DNA from: Felis catus
Lineage: Eukaryota
DNA: 64,000 nt
NCBI RefSeq assembly: GCF_018350175.1
Contig: NC_058368.1
Span: 207,082,001-207,146,000 of the forward strand
Direction of reading: 5' to 3'
In this document: positions 24,848 through 37,550 of the stretch, in pieces
How the letters are laid out: every line of letters starts with the position of its first letter
Numbering within the stretch: the first letter of the stretch is position 1
Notes under the pieces: generated by a model
Database searches by the model: none
What the model was told of the DNA's origin: nothing
The model's input: only the letters and a program-made list of their open reading frames with translations
Position numbers and translations under genes: made by a program

Positions 24848-25064
24848 AAATGTTTTAAGTTTTTATTTATTTATTTTGAGAGAGAGAGAGAAAGAGCATT
24901 CAACAAGCAGGGGAGGGGCAGAGAGAGGGAGACACAGAATCGTAAATAGGCTCCACACTATAAGCAAAGCCTGACTCAAAGCTCCATCTCATGAACCGTG
25001 AGCTCATGACCTGAGCCAAAATCGAGAGCCAGATACTTAACTGACTGAGCCACCCATGCTCCCC
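24848..25064 (-). mobile_element. Can-SINE
   Basis: TSD acatttctctaata at 24834-24847 and 25065-25078. Confidence 0.94.
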
Positions 25065-26091
25065 ACATTTCTCTAATATTTGTAATAAAAACAAAGGTAC
25101 TGGAAAATCCAGGAACTAAATATGAACATTTTGAAAGGCACAATCCTCATCATAAAAAAAAAGGTGACAAGGAAAGAAAACAAACCATGATAACTGACTA
25201 CTTCATATCATCACCAGTTGAGTTTTTGAACACACAAGGCTAGCTAAAGACAAATTATGCATACAGAAGGACGTGGTAGACCGCATTCTTGGCCCACATT
25301 ACTCAAAGGCAATTTGTAATTCTTGTTAATCTTACATTTTTTTGCACTTCAGATTTTCTATACCATTGCGGGATTTTTCAAGACAAGCTGTGCACTACCA
25401 GCTTTGTATATCTGTCCCACTTTCATTTTATTCCTCAGAGGTGTGCTCCCAGACTTAGTTAGTGTAACTATAAAAAAAAAAAAAAGCCACTCATTCCAAT
25501 GGCAATTAGGAACACGCACAGGCTAACATCGCATTCATATTGCAGAGTTCGGCCATTCTCATTTTCTTTCAAAGTTGTTGCTGAACCACATGACCTTTCC
25601 AGAAGAGCAGATTATTTTAGAAATGCAAGTCAAGTTTTTAAATTTATGTAAAGAGCCTCTGGCATGAGGATTTAATAAGGTAAGACATTGCTTTAGGAAT
25701 CTATGCTAGTGATCTCCTAGGTGGCCAGACCATCTTTAATGAGGGCTACTATCTCACCCTAAGCCACCGGTCCTGAGCACAAGTGTCTCAATGTTATTAG
25801 TACAGGCATTATATAGCATAAGAGATGCTTCCAGCCCGTGCTCTAGAAATCCAGGTAATGTATATGTCTTCTGAGACCCTGATAATGGCATTGAGATTTC
25901 CCTAATAGAGAACTTTTGGATCTTCTGCTTTTAGCCACTCAAAGATTTCAGTCAATTCACCAAAGATCTCCTGGAAAATCAGAATGGTGTCAATGAGGTT
26001 TTCTGGGGAATATGTCTTGTTTAGTCCTGAGTCCTGGAAGCACTGAGACCCTTGCATAAAAGTATTAGAATGCTTAAGATAGATTAGTACT

Positions 26092-26322
26092 GGGGCGCCT
26101 GGATGGCTCAGTCAGTCAGTTAAGCATCCAACTTCAGCTCAGGTCATGATCTCATGGTTTCTGGGTTCCTGGGTTCAAGTCCTGCAAGGCTTTGCACTGA
26201 CGGCTGGGATCCTGGGGCCTGCTTTGGATTCTCTGTCTCCCTCTCTCTCTGCCCCTCCCCTGTATGCACTCAATCTTTCTCTCTTTCTCTCTCAAAAATA
26301 AGCAAATAAGCAATTTTTAAAA
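26092..26322 (+). mobile_element. Can-SINE
   Basis: ggggcgcctggatggctcag head; TSD agattagtact / agatcagtact. Confidence 0.94.
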
Positions 26323-26507
26323 AAGAGATCAGTACTGTACTTGAAGAATGACCATGAACTACAAAGTACTTTGGCAGAAATACACTACCAAGAAGAGAGG
26401 TTTTCATAATTATTTTTTTCTTGCTTACTTTTATCCAAACAAGCTTTGCCAGACTGCTTCTTGTGTTACTAAAAAGTCTGCAAAAGTTCATAATTCTCCT
26501 TTAGGGG

Positions 26508-26851
26508 TGTCATGGTCAATGTGATGTGTCAACTGGGCTAGGCTACAGTCCCCAAGGATTCAAACAAACACTAATATAGGTGTTGCTGTGAAAGTATTTT
26601 GTACATGGGACAAGTATAATCAACTGAATTTAGTAAGGGATATTATCCTAGATAATCTTGGTGGACCCGATTCAATGAGTTGAAAAGTCTTAGAAGAGCT
26701 GAGACTTCCCTAGAGAAGGGTTTCCACTTGTGGAAGCTCTCCTCAGTGCCCCCGCTTTTCCTGATGACCTGCCCTTCAGATTTTGGACACATTTTTCTTC
26801 ATATAGATCTCCTACTGGTTCTGCTTCTCTGCTTGGACCCCAGTTGATGCA
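26508..26851 (+). mobile_element. MLT2 (MLT2D-like) ERVL solo LTR
   Basis: tgtcatggtcaatgtgatgtgtcaactgggctaggcta...tcctactggttctgcttctctg...gatgca; perfect 5-bp TSD agggg at 26503-26507 and 26852-26856. Confidence 0.9.
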
Positions 26852-27819
26852 AGGGGTAACATACCCAGAAAGCCCTGCACCAGTATTCAGACTAGATCTT
26901 AGGCTCCTCAGAAAAACCTCACTCTACACACTGGGAGTGCTGCATTATTAGAAATTTCTGCTACCAATAGTTCACAAAACTGCTATTTATAGACTGAACA
27001 AATGCACAGAAATATCAGGCACTGACTTGCTCGCTTCTGACTGTGTAAGGCTGAGGGCAAACAAGACAAAGATGATCCTTTTGAGTGGGTTTGGGCATTC
27101 TTATAGCAGCAAACATCTCCACTTAAACGTGAAAGACAGTGTTGTATCAGGTGTGACATGTTTTGCCTTTTCATAGCTTTACAAATGTAGGGTCTACACA
27201 CTTTCTGGAGGGGAGAAGAGTTTATCTGCTTAATCACAAGGCAAATCAAAGCATTATTAGCTTAATGTAGAGACTGTGCAACAAGAGAAAATATTTTATC
27301 AGAGTTTTGTTCTCTACTTTTTAAAAAAGCTATCAAAAATTTAATCAGCAGTATCATGGTATATTATTATATTTTAGACTTTGGAATAATCTGAAATATG
27401 CAGATGATCAACACAAGACTCATTCTATGAGCTTGGTCACCTAATGCATGAACAGCATTACAGTCTTGGTTCTCCTGATGGGGAGATGTGAAGAACATGG
27501 CTGCCACACCACAATATTTAATTTTAAGGCATTATTGTATCTATTTGAGTTTTCCTTATGTTTTTCTGAAAGATAAATGAGTTTTTCCAAGTCAATCATT
27601 ATACTTCTTTTTATAGAGGATGATAATCATTATTCATCCATCATTTCTTCTTTGAGCTTCAGGTATCAGGAAATTTCAGAATAAAATTCAGCATCCAACT
27701 ATGGTTATCTATCAGCTCAGGTTTATTCTATTATTTTATTTTACAGCCCCCTCTGTGGTTTTAAATGTTCAGTTTTTATTTAAATGATCACAAAACCAGA
27801 GCCCGAGTTGAGTACTTGG

Positions 27820-28245
27820 GCTCAGGTATCTGTTAGCAGGTCATTCCCAGAAGGAAGGTGAAGGAACAGGGACAAGAGGAGGGAGATGAAAAGTAGGAGC
27901 ATTCACAGCATCACCGTGGTGGGCAGTTGGACTTGGTTTAATCAGATCCTTATGAGTATACAGCATGCCCCCCTGAAGTGCCCTGAAGAATGAGATTGGC
28001 ACCTTTATCCCATGAAAGAAACTCACATAGAAAGCAGATTTGTCACTTAGATAATACACTAGCTCCTGTCCCCCACTGATGGAGCCTCCTGGGTTATTTC
28101 TGCTGTGGGTGAGGCTTCAGAGGAGGCATTTAGGGGTAGATCCTGGATCAGGATACTTAGCACGCCAGGTGAGTATGAATCTCAGCTGCTGCTGAACTCT
28201 GATAGGCCGAGGAGACTGACGCAGGGCCCCGGAGGCATCTGTTCA
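27820..28245 (-). mobile_element. Old ERVL-class LTR (LTR33/LTR40-like)
   Basis: aggtcattcccagaaggaaggtgaaggaacagggac...gtgggcagttggac...ggaggcatctg. Confidence 0.5.
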
Positions 28246-28899
28246 GTCACATCATGAATGTGCTTTTCAGTAGAGCACTTCTCAGAGTCTTTGGGAAGGT
28301 AGTTGAGGGGAAAAAAATACAGACACACACACATGAATAAACTCACATACACATAAAGTCATTACTTACAAGTATCCTCTGCAAGCTTTCCTTTATTTAA
28401 GTTTGAACCTATAATTACAAAGAAGAGGAAGGAATGAGTTGAAGGGACGTTTTATAAACAGAAAGTGAAATAAATGCACAGAAAAGTGTCTGGATGAACA
28501 CACATTCAGTGGTTGCGCTGGAATGAAATTTACATTCTCTGCAAAGGCTTTACATAAATTAATAAAAGCATTGCTTCCAATTTCATGGAGGTAACAGAAG
28601 CAATAAAATGATTCTTTTGAAATCCTTCTCCCACCGCTCTACTCATTCACAGGCCCTTGTGAGCACATACCCGGCCTTCCCTCTCATGAAATAGATGAAC
28701 TGTCTGTGTTCCTGTGAAGTACGAATCTACCCCTTGTGGTCTGTCCCCTCCGGCCGACTCCACTGAGTTTCCCTCTCTTCAATCATTACTCTTCACTGCA
28801 GCAAGGTTTTCCCCTAAAGGGAACACAAAAGCAAATAAACCTTGGCCTGCTTTCCCCCTGCATTTCCCGCTTACTTTCTCTGCTTCCCCTTACTACAAA

Positions 28900-29150
28900 A
28901 TTTCTTAAATGATTTATATATGCTCCCTGCCTGCTGTTTCCTCCTTCCTTCTTCCTTAAATCCCTGCCAGTTACGCAGACCCAACCACTCCACGAAAATG
29001 GCCTCCATGTTCCCGAGGGAAGCTTCTCCATCCTCACCCTGGGCTTTCCTCAGGTTGGACACAGTGAATCACTGTTGCTACCGCTCGGCTCCTAGGACAT
29101 CACTCTCTCTTCGTTTTCCTCCTACTTCACTGGCCACTGCTTTTCTCGTG
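28900..29150 (+). mobile_element. L2 fragment (RT region)
   Basis: ttggacacagtgaatcac...ggacatcactctctcttcgttttcctcctacttcactggcc. Confidence 0.65.
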
Positions 29151-29197
29151 GCATGCCCACACCTTAAGTGAGAGAAGCTGATTGAAAACAACGCTTC

Positions 29198-29412
29198 GGG
29201 GTGCTGGGTGGCTCAGTTGGTTAAGGGTTCCACTTTGGCTCAGGTCATGATCTCCTGGTTTGTGAGTTTGAACCCCGCATTGGGCTCTGCGCTGACAGAC
29301 CAGAGTCTGCTTTGGATCCTCTTCTGTCTACCTCTCTCTCTCTCTCTGCCTCTTCCTCCCCCGCCACCCTCTGCTTCTCAAAAATAAATAAATAAACATT
29401 AAAAAAAAAAGA
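29198..29412 (+). mobile_element. Can-SINE
   Basis: Head, (CT)n, aataaa tail; short TSD caacgcttc/caacacttc. Confidence 0.93.
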
Positions 29413-31257
29413 ACTTCAACACTTCCAAGAAAAGCGAATGTGGGATCTGGGTAAGTTGAGAACAGGGAACACTTTGATGTGGTGGTGAACGATGTACAAT
29501 CCAAATCTCCACAATGTGTGCAACAAACTTCACTCTCTTCCCTCCTTAAATGCAGTGAGACTGAATTCGTAAAGGTGCCCGGGGAATAAGGAGGGCAAGT
29601 AGATTACAATAACAATAATGACAACAATAATAGCAGTTTTAAAATGCAAATTTATTCTATAATACAATTAATTAATATAAATCCTATAATAACCAATACA
29701 TGTGAATATGTAAGAGACCAACAAAGGTTTCTTAAAACACTGCTCTGGCCTTGTCTCATAAATTTCTCTTCTACATTTTTAGCATGAGTGGGGCAGAAGT
29801 CTAAAAGACAACTTTCCTGTAATCACTGTAGAAGGTGTACATGATTGGTGGGAGAGGAAATTAATCAGTGGTTTCAAAAATCTCAAAATCCATCCTCAAA
29901 ATCATCGATTGGGACAAGTGTGGGAAATAAGACTTTGAGGAGCTTAATGCAGTGGTCAGAGGTGCAGGACGGAAAGAAATAAAAAAAACTTAACCTGTCT
30001 CCTCAGAAAGAAAAAAAAAAAATAGTGCCCGAGACCCTAATGAGAAAGCAGAGGTGCTCAGAGCAAAGAGTATCTATCATTTTGACAACCTGCAGGGTGG
30101 AATGATGGAAGAATGTCTGGGAAATGTTCCAGAGAAGGAAGAGTGAACTTCCCATAAATGAGATGTATTTGCTACAATGTACTTCTAGCTGTTTCTATAA
30201 AAAGTGTCAACAACACATATATACCCAGCAGGCATATTTCCATTCAATACATTCTCAGCCCATGAGTTATAAAAATTAATTGCTAGGACAGTTCCATATG
30301 GTTAGGACATCTGCTAAAAGACTTCCCCCAAGCAGATTCAGGGAAATACAATTAAAGAAAGCATGTGGAATGTTTGGAGTCATTTTTATGAGTTTCTAGT
30401 TTAGCTAAACTTCAACAGCTGTCGGGCTAAGGTGAAGCGTTGCGAAATTATATTCACATGTACCCACTGACCAGCATCACAAAATATTACTAAGATTCAA
30501 AGCTGCATATTTCTGGGCAAGATTTCACCCAGTACAAGGAGATCTCTCTGAAGGAGGTAGAAAATAATAGGAAGTATTTCAGTGCTGACCTCAGGGTTCA
30601 GAAGAGACACACTTGGTTTGGTGGAGGCAGCTGTAAAAGCCCCTCAACTCTTGAGAGTCCTGTCTACCTCTCCCCCACCCTCCCCCATCCTCACCCCTCC
30701 ACCCATGCCCCTTCCCCGGACCACTGGCCATTGGGCTCCCACTGAAACCAGGGGCTTTCCCTAAAGGAAGGTCTTACTGACTTGGAAATATTGATGCTAA
30801 ACTTGCCTTGGAAGGCAGAAGCAGTTATCCTTGCTTCTACCAGACTACGTAGACGTTCTACCAAACTACGGTTCCCAGACAAAGGTTCTTAAGCATTCTA
30901 TCATAATATTTAATTTTTAAGGACATAGCAAACTGAGCATATCATTGATACCAAAGATAATCTCCAATGTGAAAAAACGCATTATCATTCTTTCGTAATT
31001 ACTGAAAAAACAGCACTGCATTCCAAACAAGAAAGTGTAGCATGTATAGGAAAACTCTGGCAAAACTATTATGGGAATCAGTTTTTATAATTTGTTTTTC
31101 TTGTAATCCGCGTATCTCCTTTGACCTTTAGTTCTTGACCAAATGTAGGACTTGTTTTTTGCCAAGGCATAAAAATTATTTGTATTTTCAATTTAGTGCC
31201 CATTCACACTGGTTAGTCTAAAACCTCTAAACAAATATGGATTTTAGGTAGTTATAT

Positions 31258-31478
31258 ATTTTTTATTTTTATTTTTTTAAGTTTATTTATTTATTTTGAG
31301 AGAGACAGAGACAACATGAGTGGGGGAGGGGCAGAGAGAGAGGGAGAGTAAGAATCGCAAAGCAGACTCTGCACTGCCATTGCCAGACATGGGGCTTGAA
31401 CTCACAAAACCCTGAGATCATGATCTGAGCCAAAACCAAGAGTTGAACGCTTAACCGACGGCGTTACCCAGGTGCCCC
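31258..31478 (-). mobile_element. Can-SINE
   Basis: TSD gtagttatat; antisense body. Confidence 0.93.
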
Positions 31479-32023
31479 AGTAGTTATATTTATAAATATA
31501 TTCTTGTAAACTGGTTATACATATCTCAAGAGAAACACAGCATCATGGAATGTGGGGAATGGAGCTTGGTCTGGTCAATCAGCCTTTGATATTATCCAGA
31601 GAGGATGCTTTGATTGGTTATGGAAATATGTGGAGAGAGTGTTCATCTAGCACTTGCCTAACTCAGTGTAATGAGCGTGTTTCTTAAGACTATCTGTTAG
31701 TGGATGGAGACAGTACTGGAGGGATCTCTTTGTCACTCTGGGATGCATAGCAAGTTTTTACTTACTATACTTACACCAGACCTAAATAACTAGATTTTTC
31801 TTTGTTCCCTTTCTATTGTTCCCTCTGATCATTGTACTCTGTCTTTCAACCTCCCATACCTCATAGCAAGCATTGAAGAGACTAAGAAAAAAGTGTGAGT
31901 ACATGAAGAATGGGACATTCAATTTCTTTACAGAGAATTAATTTATTAAATAATGAATCCCACAGAGTGGCCTTCCTGAGTCCTTGATACATTGCAGAAA
32001 TACCCCTTGGATAATGTATCAGT

Positions 32024-32024
<1 letters not shown>

Positions 32025-32063
<39 letters not shown>

Positions 32064-32243
32064 TATGTATATATATACATATGTATATATATATACATAT
32101 ATACGTATATATATACATATACATGTATGTATGTATGTATGTATATATACATATACATATATATACATATGTATACACATACATGTATGTATGTATATAT
32201 ACATATACATATATATACATATATATATGTATATATATATATA
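32025..32243. repeat. Compound (TA)n/(TATG)n/(TACA)n microsatellite, ~220 bp
   Basis: Direct reading; source of the Y/I/M/H-rich ORFs. Confidence 0.97.
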
Positions 32244-32259
32244 AAACTGGATTCAGTTT

Positions 32260-32495
32260 CTTTTTTGCTGTTATTTTTTTTTTTTTAGTTTTTGTTCATG
32301 GTTATTATTGTCTTTTGTATTCTTTTCTTGTGATATCTTTGTCCTGCTCTGATATAGTAAAACTAGCCTCTAAGAATGAATTGGGAACTCATTGTTTTCT
32401 CTGTTTTGAACTATTCTTTTTTTAAAGAAGGGTTTTTGTGTTGAGTATTATTTCTTCTTTAATGCTTGGTAGAATTGACCAGTGAAGCCATCTAA
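32260..32495 (-). mobile_element. Old L1 fragment
   Basis: ctagcctctaagaatgaattgggaa...tattatttcttctttaatgcttggtagaattgaccagtgaagccatct (antisense ORF2). Confidence 0.8.
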
Positions 32496-32639
32496 GCCAT
32501 GATGATGATGATGATGATGACAACAATGATCATATTTTTCATTAGTCTTTCTATGCACACAGCTGGTAAACCCTGTCTTTCCTTGGCCCTCAGATTTTGC
32601 AGTGAGTTTATGATTGTAAAAATAAAAGGATTTGTTGAT

Positions 32640-32800
32640 TTATTTAACCCTCACAATAACACTCTAAGGCAAGTTATTTTATTACCCTTAATTATAGATG
32701 AAGAGCAGAGAGTTAAGCAACCAAAGCAAGTTCACACAACTGGTAATTGGTGAAGCCAGGATTCAAACCCAGGCAGATGGATTCTAGTGCTCATGATCTA
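32640..32800 (-). mobile_element. MIR
   Basis: tttaaccctcacaataac...atagatgaagagcagagagttaagcaac...gaagccaggattcaaacccaggcag. Confidence 0.85.
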
Positions 32801-32845
32801 ATCCCCCCTAAAATTTGTGAATAATGTTCTTGTAAATACTTTTCT

Positions 32846-32912
32846 CTTCCTTCCTTCCTTCCTTCCTTCCTTCCTTCCTTCCTTCCTTCCTCTCTCTTCT
32901 CTCTCTCTCTCT
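32846..32912. repeat. (TTCC)n followed by (CT)n
   Basis: Direct reading. Confidence 0.95.
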
Positions 32913-34217
32913 TTTTCTCCTCTCATCATAACAGACTCTATCAACTGGCTTCACCACCTACTCACACTCCAGAATCCATCTCTTTTGGCAGAAGCATGAA
33001 AAATAATTGCTCAATTATAAAGAAAATGAACTGTCTTTTCTTATTTACTGGTTGAGGTGAATTGAATAGACCTCTGCTTCTTAATCCTTTAAAAAGTAAG
33101 TAATAATGCAAATAAATTGCATTTTCAAAAGACCCATCTATGCTTTTACCCAAGTATAATTTTTATCTGAGCTTTGAAGAGTTTTTATTTAAAATTATGA
33201 CAAATCCACCTTATACGGTTAAAGGTATGACTCTAAATATCTATTAAGTGATTACATAAGCTAATCGGCAAAAATTCTAATGTTAGACTTACTTCAGGAT
33301 CCAAGAAAAGTGCTGGTAGATCTCCATTCTCTATTGCCTTTCTCACACCCTACAAATGCCGTCTTATGCCTGGTATTCCGGGTGAGTTGTTTCACATGGG
33401 TTGCCTACACACAGAGATCTTCCATATGGGTTTTCCTATGGCAGGGCCTGCTGTGTGTTCTCTGCCCTTGAGATCATGTGGGACTAGAGCCGTATCCTCC
33501 TCCCTCCTCTTTAATTCCTTTTCTTGTTCTCTCAAGTTTCATTTGGGATCTCTTTACCCATTTGTCCTGATACCTTTCAGGGATGGAAAGTTCTAGACTT
33601 TTCAACCAACCCAAGGAAACCTATAGCAGAAAGGATACTATTTGACAGACTGGTGATTCCATCATAACAATCGTGCTATCACTGATGGACAGAGAGAAAT
33701 CTTTCAAGTCTTAGTGAGTGAAGTATAAATATCCCCAAGCATCATTTCAAAAGCAATCTCCTTACTTGGTGCCCATTCCTTTAATATTTGACTATCATTT
33801 TTCATTATTATTTTCGGAAATCATCTGGATAAAAACAGTATGTTTATGGAAAGTCCCCTTGCTTTTACCCAAAAAGGCTTTTGAAGTCACAGGCATAATA
33901 ATGCCATGAACTTGGACAGAGCCCTTAGACCAAGGAATGCTGAGTGCTTTCAATAACCAAGTGCCAACTCACCAGCCTGCCTGGAATTTCTGTTAGTAGA
34001 CCCTTGTTCATTTTCTCTAACTTTTCTTTACCACAAAGTAAGGATATAAAACTGAGATGTCAATATATATATAATTTATACTAGTAAATGCTGTGCTCTC
34101 TCTCTTCCATTTTGGAAATTTCCCCAGGCTCCCCCCTCGTATCATTGTGTGACTTTTATTTTTCTCCAAATGCTTTAATGTTGATTCATTAGAACTAGAA
34201 TGTTAAATTATAAAATT

Positions 34218-34308
34218 ATCTATATCTATATATCTATATGTATATAATATGTATATAATATAATATAATATAATATAATATAATATAATATAATATATAT
34301 AAATATAA
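34218..34308. repeat. (TAATA)n / TA-rich microsatellite
   Basis: Direct reading. Confidence 0.9.
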
Positions 34309-34310
34309 AT

Positions 34311-34363
34311 CCTGGTTTTAAGGTTGTGCTATAGTTAGGCTAGATGTCAACACTGGGGGCACT

Positions 34364-34417
<54 letters not shown>

Positions 34418-34490
34418 GTATATTTATACGACTTTTAATGCCCCTCATTGTTGACATCTAGCCTAACTATAGCACAACCCTAAAACCAGG
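34311..34490. repeat. ~52-bp inverted repeat (34311-34361 / 34439-34490) with (TA)n spacer
   Basis: cctggttttaaggttgtgctatagttaggctagatgtcaacactgggggca vs tgcccctcattgttgacatctagcctaactatagcacaaccctaaaaccagg; about 3 differences. Confidence 0.95.
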
Positions 34491-36055
34491 GTATTGATAC
34501 AACCAGGCATTGATACAACTATAGAGCTTATTCATATTTCACTGATCATATATGTACGCGTGTGCGTGTGTGTGTGTGTGTAGCTCTCTGTAGTTGCATC
34601 ACATGTGTAGATCTTTGTGACTATCACCACAATTAAGATACTTAACTGTACCATCACCACAAGGTTCTCTTGTCCTACCCCTTTATAGCCACTCTGCCCC
34701 AGTCCCAATGCATGCCTAACCCTAGCAACCACTCATCTGTTTTCCTTATCTATAATTATGTCACTTCACAGACATGTTACATCAGTGTCCTCATGAATGG
34801 ATTCCAAGTATGTATCCTTTTGAGATTAGTTTTTCGCACTTAATGTAATTTCCTTGAGGTTCCTCCAAGTTGTTTTCTGTATCAATATCTTTCTTTGTTC
34901 TTGCTGAATAGTATCCCGTGATCTGAATGTACCCATTGAAAGGCCATCTGGGTTGTTTCCAGTTCTTGACTATTAAAAAAAAAAGGTGCCATAAGCATTC
35001 ATGTACACATTTTTGCATAAATGTTTTAAAAAATTTCTCTGTGATATATGTTCTGGTTATGTGGAAGTCTATTTTTAGCTTTGAAAGTAACTGCCAAAGT
35101 ATTTTTCACAGTAGATGTACCATTTTACATTCCCAAAGGCAATAAACGAATTATCCAGTTTCTGTGCAACCTCTCCAGCATTTAGGGTTATCACTATTTT
35201 TTTTTTTTTAGCTATTCTCAAAGGTTGTTATCTCCTTCTGGCTGTAACTTGCATTTTTCTAATGACTGATGATAATGGCAACAATGACAATGATGATGGT
35301 ATTTTTCATAGCTCCTTCGTTGAGTATAGCTGGTAAGCTCTGCCTTTCCTGGACCCTCAGATTCTGCCCCTCAGCTGTTGCTGAAAATCTTTTATGTGCT
35401 TATTTTCATCATACATGTCTTCAGTTCAATGTCTATGGGTGCCTTCTGCCCGTTTTTAATTGGGTTGTTTATTAATGCTGACTTTTGAGAGTTCTTTATA
35501 TATTCTAAATACAAACCTTTTTTTGTATGTGTGATTTTCAATTATCTCTCCAAGTCTGAAACTTGTCTTTTCATCCTATTAAAGTCTTCACAGCACAAAA
35601 TTTTTAATTTTGACGAAGTCCAATCTGATGATTTTTCCTTTTATGGAACATATTTTGGGTCATATCTAAGAAATCTTTGTCTAATTCTAGGTCCTAAAGA
35701 TTTTCTCTCATTTTTTCCCTAGAAGTTTTATAGTTTTCTGCTCAACATTTAAATGCGTGACCCATTTGAGATAATTTTTGTGTGAAATGTGAATTTTGGT
35801 TGAGATTCGCCTTTTTCCCAGGGATGTCTGATTGCTCCAGCACCATTTATTGAAAAGGTTGTCACTTGTCCATTCAATTGTTTTTGCTATTTTGTCAAGA
35901 AGAATTGGACATATGTGTGTGAATAGATATTTCTGGCTCCTCTGTTCTGTTGATCTATGTGTCTGTCCCTCAACCAGTTTGACACTGTCTTAACATTGGG
36001 AAGATTTATTATTTCACTTTATTCTTCTATTTCAAAATTGTTTTGGCTATGCTTG
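34439..36055 (-). mobile_element. L1MC-type element (3' UTR and ORF2 end), decayed
   Basis: Antisense L1 motifs ctagcaaccactcatctg, catctgggttgtttccag, ctccagcaccatttattgaaaag; L1MC-like 3' end aaaaccagg..attgatac. Confidence 0.88.
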
Positions 36056-36349
36056 GATGCATCATGCTTAAAGAAAATAGACTCTATTGATACATAAAAT
36101 CAACATCCAAAAGGTCAAGTCTAGCAGCCATATGTACGGTAACCAAAAATATCATATCAGTGGAAAAGAAGTTGATTTACATTACCTACGGAAGAAGTTT
36201 AAAAAAGACTATTATTGCATTTCTAAGAATTTCTTGCAAGTAAATAATCAGAAAATTTATTAAGTTGTATGCCTAATAATATAGAAATGCCTCAGTGGCT
36301 TCAAAATACCTGAAATTCAGAATCCAACTCTAACAGATCAGGATTACAC

Positions 36350-36895
36350 AAAAGAGTATGGTCCATTTTCTATTGTTGGTCTGCAAACTGGTTTTTAGTG
36401 AATTCATGACAAGATAGAGTAAAGAACTGAGAAGAAGCATTAAGCTTTTATGGCAATTTGACAAAGTAATATCATATCTGTTGAACTTTGTAATTAAAAA
36501 TATGGAAGCTTATATTTTATGCCCTTTTTTCTTTCCTTTTTTTAATCATTCATTTTTATTGCCACTTCATTTGTCACAAAAATAATGATCCACTACAGCC
36601 GAAATTTTTTTAAAAATTGGTACTTTACCACAGATAATACTTTTATTTATTTGTTTTTAATATTTTTTAGTGTCTGTTTATTTTTGAAGGAGAGAGAGAC
36701 AGAGTGGGAGTGGGAGAGGAGCAGAGAGAGGGGGAACACAGAATCTGAAGCAGGCTCCAGGCTCTGAGCTGTCAGCACAGGGCCCGATGCGGGATTTAAA
36801 CTCAAGAACCGTGAGATCATGACCTGAGCCAAAGTCGGACACTTAACTGACTGAGCCGCCAGGCGCCCCTCACCACATATACTTTTAGAAGCAGT
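36350..36895. mobile_element. hAT-Charlie element (Charlie4a-like), interrupted by a SINE
   Basis: ggtctgcaaactg...ttttatggcaatttgacaaagtaat...ctttaccacagata / ...ttagaagca. Confidence 0.65.
36641..36869 (-). mobile_element. Can-SINE
   Basis: TSD accacagataatacttt / accacatatactttt. Confidence 0.95.
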
Positions 36896-37389
36896 CATTG
36901 GATCCACGCTTCCTAGCCTGTATCATTTCATAGCACAGCTTTTTAAAAAGTTGATAATATTTGTGTGGGACACTGGGGTAAAGTCAGGGCATTTAATTGC
37001 TTTCTAACTGGGTTTCAATGAAAAATATTACTATTACTCCACATATTTGTAATAAGAAAAGCATAATTCAAAACACGGAAGAAATTATTGAATCAAATAA
37101 AATATTTTCCAATATTTTAAAATGAGAAATTTGAACTTGTTTTCTGTAAAGGTGATTCTTTGCATCCGGACATAAGAGTTCAATTTGTATCTAAGGAATC
37201 TTAACAGGTTTCCTTTTCTTCCATTAGCAAATGAAACCTTGAATTTTTTTTGTTGGAGAGTACTAACGGGGTTTTAAGCCAACTAGACTGTTTTCATATC
37301 AAGTATTTCAAAATATCCAGGATACTCTAATTTGCAGAATGATCATGCATTGTCACAGCAGTCCTGATGCAATTCCTGGAGGCACAGCA

Positions 37390-37550
37390 CAAGGAATACT
37401 GTCAAGGGGATCGGAACAGCGATGCAAGGGGTCAGAGGGTAGCTACACTTGTGGAGAACAGAGCGTAATATATAAACTTGTCACATCACTAAGTCGTACC
37501 CCTGAAACTAATGTAACATTGTGTGCCATCTATATTCTAAATTAAAAAGA
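37390..37550 (+). mobile_element. 5'-truncated carnivore L1 3' end
   Basis: ggtagctacacttgtgg...ccctgaaactaatgtaacattgtgtg...aattaaaaa; homologous to 7007-7224. Confidence 0.85.

Noticed and set aside
29900..30200. Possible CR1/L3 fragment
   Set aside because: Similarity too faint to support by eye
31882..32425. Overlapping Y/I/M/H-rich ORFs in several frames
   Set aside because: Artefact of the (TA)n/(TATG)n microsatellite
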